From Candidatus Poribacteria bacterium (lineage in GTDB: Bacteria > Poribacteria > WGA-4E > WGA-3G): a stretch of DNA of 64,000 nt. The stretch is taken from NCBI GenBank assembly GCA_964291315.2, contig OZ219753.1:864001-928000 (forward strand). The letters are read 5' to 3'. Shown in pieces: positions 31,845 through 40,261 of the stretch (positions are counted from its first letter, which is position 1; the number at the start of each line of letters is the position of its first letter). The notes under the pieces were generated by a model. That model ran no database searches. It was given only the letters and a program-made list of their open reading frames with translations, and was not told where the DNA came from. Both the position numbers and the translations under genes were made by a program.

Positions 31845-33033
31845 GCGAAGTTCGGTTTTTGTTGGCTTTCATCACGTCTTGCAACTCGTCCAAGGGAATT
31901 GCAAACATCGTCCGTCCGTTAATACCGGTTGTTGTGGTTGCCATCGTCATTGAATTGATAATAGCTTCCTCTGTTGCCTCAATGACTGCTTGGAACAGTG
32001 CGCTTAAACGGCTATTGACTAACATCTTGATTTGAAAGGTGCCGCTTTCAGTGGTGCGTGGGAAAACATTTGCGTTGGAAAAAGCGATAACGAATTCGCC
32101 GCTGCCATTAGTACTCGGTGTTCCTGTTCGAGCGAGTCCGTGTGTTGCCCGTATGGCGAGCTGTTTGAGTTGGCGATGCGTCAAGGGAGCATCAGTCGCG
32201 ATAACGATGATAAAAGAGCCCTCTCTGCCCAATTTGGGTGGGGAGTCTATGATTGCTTTGCCAACTGAAACACCGTCAATTCGCAATTCGGAACGTCTGC
32301 CTCCGTTAGCGTTAACGAGGACCCCTATTGTCCAGCCGCCTTGTTTTTCGGGGAGAACGCGTGAGGATGTGCCGATACCTGCTTTGAACCCGTAGCATCG
32401 CATGCCCATTCCGCCGCCAACGCAACCTTCTGCGACGGGGCCGCTTGTGGCGTTTTCTATAGCTTCAATCACGTGTTCTGCTTTGACATGGAGGCCGCTG
32501 ATGTCATTCAACCCTCCATCGTAGCATTCAGCCACGATTGGTAGGACAATGTTGTCGTCCGGGTAACGCTTCACAATGTAGCGGACAATGCCATCATGAA
32601 CTGCTCCTACGCTGAGCGTATTTGTAAGCAAAATGGGGGATTCAATCCAACCTGCTTGATTTATACGAGCGATGCCTGTTGCTTCCCCGTTGCCGTGAAT
32701 GGTATGTGCTGCTCCAAACAGACGTGTTGTCCAGATATCATCGCTTGGCAGAATAGCAGTAACGCCGGTACGGATCGAATCACCTTCGTTCAGAGTGACG
32801 TTCCCGACCTTGACCCCGGTTACGTCCGTAATGGCATTGTGTGGCCCGGTTGGCATGGTGCCAATCTGGATGCCGAGGTCACGTGCCCGGGCTCGAGGGG
32901 CTGGGTCTGTAGGATCGGCATTTAGACTACCTATAGAGCATACGCAAAAAACAACTGTAAGAACGATCGAAAACGCTATTTTCTGGTCGTATACAGAGAC
33001 CCTTTTTCGTGTTTTTTTAAGAAATTTCTGCAT
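31831..33033 (-). CDS. P1 family (DmpA, S58) aminopeptidase with signal peptide
   Basis: [41 protein letters not shown]. Confidence 0.9.
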   Translation of the reverse strand: MQKFLKKTRKRVSVYDQKIAFSIVLTVVFCVCSIGSLNADPTDPAPRARARDLGIQIGTMPTGPHNAITDVTGVKVGNVTLNEGDSIRTGVTAILPSDDIWTTRLFGAAHTIHGNGEATGIARINQAGWIESPILLTNTLSVGAVHDGIVRYIVKRYPDDNIVLPIVAECYDGGLNDISGLHVKAEHVIEAIENATSGPVAEGCVGGGMGMRCYGFKAGIGTSSRVLPEKQGGWTIGVLVNANGGRRSELRIDGVSVGKAIIDSPPKLGREGSFIIVIATDAPLTHRQLKQLAIRATHGLARTGTPSTNGSGEFVIAFSNANVFPRTTESGTFQIKMLVNSRLSALFQAVIEATEEAIINSMTMATTTTGINGRTMFAIPLDELQDVMKANKNRTSPKPK

Positions 33034-33568
33034 TTTCTACTAATTGATTCCTATAGATTGCGCGAATTTGATTAAAGATAGCAATATATGTTGGAGAACG
33101 GTAGTCAGGATAACTCCATTCCCAAGGTTGAAAGGTTTTGCGGTAGAAGCGGAGTGTAATTTCGGCATAAATGCCGTTGCGCAGGTAGAGGCGGTGCGCG
33201 TTGTCTTTAGTTGAGGCGAGTACAAGTTTCGCCATGCAGAGGTATCCTGCATCTAAATTTACACGGCGCGCCGCTCCTGCCGACTTTTTTATAGCGAAAG
33301 TTTGCTCCACTTTATTTGTAAATAATTTCATTTCTGCCAATATGCTGGCATCAATCAATCTTTCAAAACTGATAAACTGTCTTTGAATACCGGTTCCCAT
33401 CTCACTCTCGTAATACATTGTACTTGTGAAAGGTATCAGTTCACTCGTGAAATCAATGGGACCCAAATGGTGTGTTAGTTGAGAGTAAACAGTTGGCAGC
33501 AGGCAAGGTTCTGGAGTCAGCACTCCAATGATAGCTTTAACAGGTCGCGGTATTGTAATTGTCCCCAT
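33017..33568 (-). CDS. DUF4416 family protein
   Basis: YYESEMG, RRVNLDAGY, LASTK...HRLYL..GIYAE, WSYPDY. Confidence 0.85.
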   Translation of the reverse strand: MGTITIPRPVKAIIGVLTPEPCLLPTVYSQLTHHLGPIDFTSELIPFTSTMYYESEMGTGIQRQFISFERLIDASILAEMKLFTNKVEQTFAIKKSAGAARRVNLDAGYLCMAKLVLASTKDNAHRLYLRNGIYAEITLRFYRKTFQPWEWSYPDYRSPTYIAIFNQIRAIYRNQLVENAEIS

Positions 33569-33793
33569 GCTGCTCTCCATAGCCTAACCGATAGCATGAG
33601 CTGCATGCGCTGCTATCCAGAATTGTGTACTGTCGAGTATACCAGACAATTTTTATCGTGTCAACGCTTCGTTGTTTGAACCAGGGGCATTTAGTTTTCC
33701 GATAATTTACGCCTGAATACTCATCTTATTTGTGGCAAGTAAACGTTCCGGATTATTTCTGAAAAGGGAAAAAATATATTTTTTTATTTTTTC

Positions 33794-33822
33794 TTGACAT
33801 TTGCTGAATTATAATGTATAAT
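33794..33822 (+). promoter_or_regulatory. consensus sigma70 promoter upstream of rpoBC
   Basis: TTGACA-17bp-TATAAT preceded by an A/T-tract UP-like element. Confidence 0.8.
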
Positions 33823-33833
33823 ACTCTGTTATG

Positions 33834-33987
33834 CTATGTTGCTATATTCGAAAAGGAAAAGGCATTTAACAGGGACGGGCTTTTTTATTATATCTGCCCG
33901 CTAGAACAGCCACTCGTACGATGGCAGGTGTAGGCAGGCACCCTGGCATATTTTATCGCTTTTCTTTTGAAATGTGTTAACACATAG
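33834..33987 (+). ncRNA. candidate structured RNA (rpoB leader or 6S-like)
   Basis: Starts just after the promoter; long basal stem (TTCGAAAAGGAAAAG/CTTTTCTTTTGAA, CTATG/CATAG), internal bubble, multi-way junction with three short hairpins. Confidence 0.45.
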
Positions 33988-34826
33988 GCATAGAAACTAA
34001 CATCTTGGTGAGTTGACTATGCCCTCAAATTTGAAACAAAAGACCCTCAATACGAATCAACGGGTAAAACGGTCTATACCAGCGATGTACCAGGTTCTGA
34101 TTGTGAAAGTCGTTCGCACCAGGAAGTTAAAGCTCCCCACACCCCTATTTATGCGGAGTCTGCGAAGGTGTGGAACGAGTGTGTCGAGTTGATGAATCTG
34201 TTTCGACATCAACGCGGGTATCCACTGCACGTCGCGGCTTCTACATCGTTAGTGCCTACAAAGGGCCGGGGATAAACACCTCTCCCCAAAGACAGATTTA
34301 TGTCCGCCAATACTAAGTAGATTGTTTTGATGAGACTTATCTGGCCACAAGTTTTTGAATTGCATTTTACGTATTCCGACAATCTCCTTCCGTCTGATAG
34401 CGGGTGGGGCTGTCTCCGTGTGGATGTTAGTGAAATCTGCTCGTTTCTTACGGACAACGCGTAGAAAACTATAAGGGGCGGTATATCGGGTCTCTATACT
34501 GTCTTCGGCATAAAGGATCTGCGTGGTTTCGTAGAAAGTTGGCTCAGTGTCAAAAGGGTTCTATTCAGTGGGCCAGATATCTGCGGTGCAAGTGGAAACG
34601 GCATCATCAGCTTAGGAAGGTTGTTATTAGCGATCTGACAGGTATTCACAACAGGTATGGTTTTAAGTAAGTATCATCATGACGGTGTTTGCGCGATCAA
34701 TATTTAGAGTAAAGTATCTGGGAGGGTTGCTCCCAGTAGCGGGGCTTGTGGCAGCCCGCAGAGGTTACCAACTACAAGTGTCTCAGTTGGTTTACGCGCA
34801 AGGGAAGCAATGTTAGCATGACTCAC
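33987..34826 (+). mobile_element. decayed IS200/IS605-family (tnpB-only) element
   Basis: Left-end-like hairpin GGCATAG...CTATGCC (33987-34023), tnpB remnants, right-end-like GAAGC...TCAC (34804-34826). Confidence 0.55.
34085..34816 (+). pseudogene. tnpB: TnpB (RNA-guided endonuclease) pseudogene with frameshifts, stops and deletions
   Basis: Collinear fragments across frames: VVRTRKLKL, ESAKVWNECV, FELHFTY...VDVSEIC (RuvC-I), GRYIGSL...KLAQCQKGSIQW, VVISDLTGI (RuvC-II), HHDGVCAINI..KYL (RuvC-III). Confidence 0.75.
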
Positions 34827-34916
34827 AGCGGTATTTAACCAAATCTCGCTGGCAGCGGATGTCAAAAAGTCTATTTTACGCTGCATAACCACCGCCAAAT
34901 AGGGAGGCTTCATTCA

Positions 34917-37900
34917 GTGAACACAAAGCCAAGTCGAAAAAAGAACAGACTATCGTTTGCCAAGACACAAGTTAGAGCCCCGCTCCCAGATCTCATAGAA
35001 ACTCAAGGCCTCTCGTATAACAAATTTTTACAACGAGATGTTCCGCCGGATGAACGTAAAGACACCGGTCTCCAAACTGTATTTAAGGAGATCTTTCCTA
35101 TTCGAGACTTTTCGGATGTCAATAGTCTTGAATTTGTCAGCTATAGCCTGGGTACGCCGAAGTACACGCTCCAAGAGTGCATTGCCCGTGGTGTAACGTA
35201 TCAGGTATCCCTCACTGCCCGTATTAGGTTAGTTCTACGCGAGGCAGATCCAGATGCAGATGATCCTCATGTTGTTGATATTCGCGAATCCGATGTCTAT
35301 CTCGGTGAAGTTCCGTTAATGACTGAGACTGGCAGTTTCGTTGTCAACGGCAGTGAGCGTGTAATCGTAAGCCAGTTACATCGCTCCCCGGGTGTTATTT
35401 TTCTTGAGAAGTTGTTACAAACCGGGCGCCGCACAACAACAGCACAAATTATTCCTTATCGAGGTGCTTGGGTCGAATTTGAAGTAGATGCCAAGGACCA
35501 TATCTATGTGCGTATTGACAAACGCAAAAAATTGCCTGCAACCGTCTTACTTCGAGCCCTTGGTTGGGAGTCCGATGCGGATATCCTGAAGCTCTATGCC
35601 AAAACGGAAAGGCTTGTATTTGATGGGTGGCGTGTTACCCATGTGGAAGCGCCTGCAAAGCAGATTAAACCCGGTGACTTGCTGAATAGTTCGGAATTCC
35701 GGCAGGCAAAAAAGGATTATCCAGGAATTGAAGCAGAGAAGTGCTATCGGGTTACTGCTGTAACCGACAAAGACTGCTCTCTCGACGTTGGACAGGAAAT
35801 TTCATATGGAGAGCGTATCCGTCTTCGTAGAAAATGGAAAGGCTTTGAAACTGATCTCCTCCGACGCGTCCTTGACCTTCCTAACAGTCGATGTGAGTTT
35901 GTTGTTGGGCAGATTTTAACAGATTCGGAGTACGAGGCGGCATGCACCCGTTATGGCAAAACGGCCTTCACAGTCGAGAAAGCGTCGTCCGAAGACTGTG
36001 AAGGCCGTGTCTGCGCCGAAGATGTTATCAGTCAAGACACCGGCGAAGTACTTCTCACAGCAAATACACTCCTCACTAAAACCGAGTTAGAGCGCCTGCA
36101 AGAATCCGCTGTTGAGGCACTCACAGTGCTTGATGAAGTAGATTGTCAGCATATTCGGTTTTTACGCAATACTTTAGAGCAAGACCGGCAAGCAGATTAC
36201 CCGGAGCAGCATAGTTTGAAAGATGCGGCATTACTCGACATTTTTCGCACGTTAAGACCTGGTGAGCCAGCTAGTATAGAAAATGCAAGCAAACACCTAT
36301 CATGGTTACTTTTTGATCCGAATCGTTATGATTTGGCGGTAGTTGGAAGATACAAGCTGAATAAAAAGTTTCAGAATACCGCTGTTTACGGAGAACCGCC
36401 GTCAGAGACTGTGCGCACTCTGCGCCCGGAAGATATCGCTGCCACGCTAGCCTATTTTCTTAGAGTGCATAATGGACTCAACCCAAAAGACGATCTCGAT
36501 CACCTCGGCAATCGGCGTGTGCGTGTTATCGGAGAATTGCTCGAAAATCAGTTTCGGATAGGACTATTTCAGATTCGCAGAACGACGCGTGAGCGGTTGA
36601 GTACCGCGAGCGATATTGATAAGATCTTACCGTCTACACTCGTCAATCCGAAACCTCTGATGATGGCCCTCCGTGAATTCTTTGGTTCAAACCAGCTGTC
36701 CCAGTTTATGCAGCAAATTAATCCGTTGGATGAACTGACACACAAACGTCGTATCTCGGCGATTGGGCCTGGTGGTCTCCAGCGAGATAGGGCGACTGCG
36801 GCTGTCCGAGATGTACATCCTACGCACTATGGCCGGATCTGTCCCTTGGAAACCCCTGAAGGTCCCTCGATTGGACTCATTGTTTCTCTAGCTTGCTATG
36901 GACGAATAAATCCTTACGGTTTTATAGAGACTCCGTATCATAAAGTTGAGGCAGGTAACGACGCTAAGAAAAAAGAGGGCGGTAACGGTTCGGTAGTTTA
37001 CTTATCTGCTGACAGCGAGGACACCGCCTACATTGCAGCGAAGGCGATACCCCGCGCTGCCAATGCAGATGTTGATGCTGTTGACCGGCTTTTGCCTGTC
37101 CGCACTGGAGAGGACGTATTCTCTCTTCCTATGGAGAGCGTCAATTATATCGGGGTTGCTCCGCAACAAATTGTTGGTGTTTCTGCTGCACTTGTCCCGT
37201 TCCTAGAGCATGAGGATGCGAACCGCGCCTTGATGGGATCCAACCACCAGCGCCAAGCTGTGCCGCTCATCCGGCCAGAGGCACCCTTGGTCGGAACCGG
37301 GATGGAGGAGCCGGCTGCGCGATATTCGGGAGCACTCATAACAGCGACACGTGCCGGAACCGTTACAAGCGTCTCCGCGGATGAAATTCTCATTTACACG
37401 GGCGAAACGCTGCATCAGGATAAGGGCGAAAATACATTCAGTGAGATGGGTTACGATATCTACAAACTTCAGACGTTCAAGCGCAGCAACAGTGGAACTT
37501 GTATTCACCAACGTCCTATTGTCGCTGTTGGGGATAAAGTAGAAATCGGACAGGTGATTGCTGATGGTACTTCTACAGAGAACGGAGAACTCGCCCTCGG
37601 ACGCAATGTCCTCTGTGCTTATATGCCCTGGGGTGGACACAACTACGAAGACTCTATTCTCATCAGTGAGGGACTCATTAAGAGGGATACCTTTACTTCT
37701 GTCCACATTGAAGAATTTGAGGTGGAGGCGCGTGAGACAAAAGTAGGTCCGGAGGAAATTACGCGTGATATTCCAAACGTTGGTGAACAGCAACTTACGC
37801 AACTCGACGAAGAGGGAATTATTCGGATTGGCAGTGTTGTTGGTACGGGAAGCATACTCGTCGGAAAGATTACCCCTAAAGGTGAAAGTGAGTATGGACC

Positions 37901-40175
37901 TGAGCAGAAGTTACTCCACGCAATCTTTGGTGAAAAGGTTAAGGAGGTCAAAGATGCTTCTACTTATGTCCGTCCTGGTGTGGAAGGTGTTGTCATTGAT
38001 GTAAAGGTATTCTCGCGGAAGCTGGATACTGCCCCGCGACGGGGCTGGTCACTAAGTGACTCCGATCCCTCAATTCCTGAGGCGTTGCATTTTGAGTCGA
38101 AACGCAAGCAGATTGAGCAGACTTGGCGCGAGCAGCTCGCTTCTATACGTCATCGGAAAATTGAGGAGATTCGTAAAACACTCATCGGATGTGAGCTCGC
38201 CGCCCCACTTTACGTATTTGCTGGCCCTGATACTGCTACTCCTTTCGCTGATGTCGGGGAGACGTTAACCGCCGAGATTTTAGATACCTATATTTCCGGC
38301 TTCACAGCTGATTCGTACTATACGATAATCGAGGACACAGTCTCCGCGTCTTTCAGAGCTGAAACGCTGTATCACGTAACAGAAGTGCCTGAATCTATCC
38401 CGACTATTGCTGTGCATTATCCTGACTTTTCAGTTGAAGAGCCGATAGCTGCTGAACCTGATGGAAACGATGGGATGATAAAAGATGTTTCCGGATCGTC
38501 ACACTTTGATCCTGAGACCGTTAACCAAGTACAAGCATATCTCAGTCGGATTTGTGCGCCACTCTTAGAAAATGCTGAGCCGATTCTCAACGAGACGATA
38601 GAGCCCTTAAGAATGCAGTCGGATTTTGTCGATGTTGTGCTTCATGGTGCCGATGGTAGCGCGGTTGCGGTCGTTGTGTGTGAGGAATCTCACCGTGAAG
38701 AGGGTTATCATTCTGAGCAGCTTAAAGAAGCTTTTACTGAGGCGGGGGCTCGATTTGGAGTACTGATAACCGAAGAAAACTCAGAACCTGATAATTGGGA
38801 TTTCTATGAATTAGCGGACAATACCGAATTGCAACCGGTAGCACGTTCTGAATTTGAGCAGGCTGTTGTCACACAACTCGAAACGGCTAGCAACGTCCCC
38901 AAGAAGGGACAAATGCTTACCCAAAGTGAATGGGAGGAATTCAGCCAAACGTATCCGGATCTACAAATAGAGATATTTTGGCGCATTACGCAAGTTTTTG
39001 ATGATGAGTTTCCATTGGCGGTTGACCAGACCGTTTCTGATGTCGAATATCAGCAAATCTGCAGAGACTTTCCGGAACGTCCTATTGCAGCCGGTCAGTA
39101 CTTAACGCCTCAGGCGCGCGACTCACTTGCGCTAACTGCTAAAGATCTTAAGACCGAGAATGTTTGGCGTGTCACCACAATTTTCGACCCGAGTTGCACA
39201 CTACCGCTTGAGGAGTATGTTTCTGATACTGAGTACCAAAAGGCTCGCAAGACCTCTAGGTTGTCATTCTCGGACATCCGGGTAACCGATGTGGAAGCGA
39301 TGGAACACATTCAACGGGTTGAAGAGATGGCGCAGGGCAGAATAACCGATTACACGGGAGAAAGAGAGCGCGCCCTCCATCAATTGGAAATGGGAGATGA
39401 ATTGAAACCCGGTGTCATCAAACGTGTGAAGGTCTATGTTGCGAGTAAGCGTCCGATTTCTGTTGGCGATAAGATGGCAGGCCGTTATGGTAACAAAGGA
39501 GTTGTTGCCAAAATCTTGCCTGAGGAAGATATGCCGTATCTTCCGGACGGCACCCCGGTTGAATTGGTGTTGAACCCGTTGGGGGTACCTTCTCGAATGA
39601 ACGTAGGTCAAATATTGGAGATCCATCTTGGGTGGGCGTGTCATGAACTCGGTATCCGAGCGGAATCTCCTGTTTTTGATGGGGCAACAGAGGAGGAAAT
39701 TTTTGAGATGCTCAGCAAAACCGATCTCCCGGAACGCAGTAAGCAGACTGGTAAAAGTATTCTTTATGACGGTAGGACAGGCGAGCCTTTTGCACAAGAG
39801 GTAACAGTCGGACATGTCTATTTCCTGAAGCTCAACCACCTTGTTGCTGATAAGATGCATGCTCGTTCTACAGGTCCCTATTCCCTCGTTACGCAGCAGC
39901 CTTTGGGGGGTAAGGCGCAGCATGGAGGGCAACGTCTTGGTGAGATGGAAGTTTGGGCGCTAGAGGCTTATGGTGCGGCACATACACTCCAAGAGATGCT
40001 CACTATCAAGTCAGATGACACTGAGGGCAGACGCGACATCTATGAGACGATTGTTAAAGGATTTAACCCGCCGCCCCCGGGTACCCCAGAATCGTTCAAA
40101 GTTCTCGTCCGTGAACTCCAAACACTCGGAATCCATGTCTCTCTTGACAAAGACAGTGATGATGGTGAGGATTAA
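34917..40175 (+). CDS. rpoB: DNA-directed RNA polymerase subunit beta with large lineage-specific insertions
   Basis: [70 protein letters not shown]. Confidence 0.98.
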   Translation: [1752 protein letters not shown]

Positions 40176-40261
40176 TAATAAGTATCAGCTGACAAGCATG
40201 AATAACTTAAGCGCCAAAGTGAGCGTAGTGAAAACCGACAACCTTAAAATAAGGAGGACTC

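Noticed and set aside
34209-34913. Minus-strand ORFs of 82 aa and 69 aa upstream of rpoB
   Set aside because: They are shadows of the + strand tnpB relic and show no recognisable motifs
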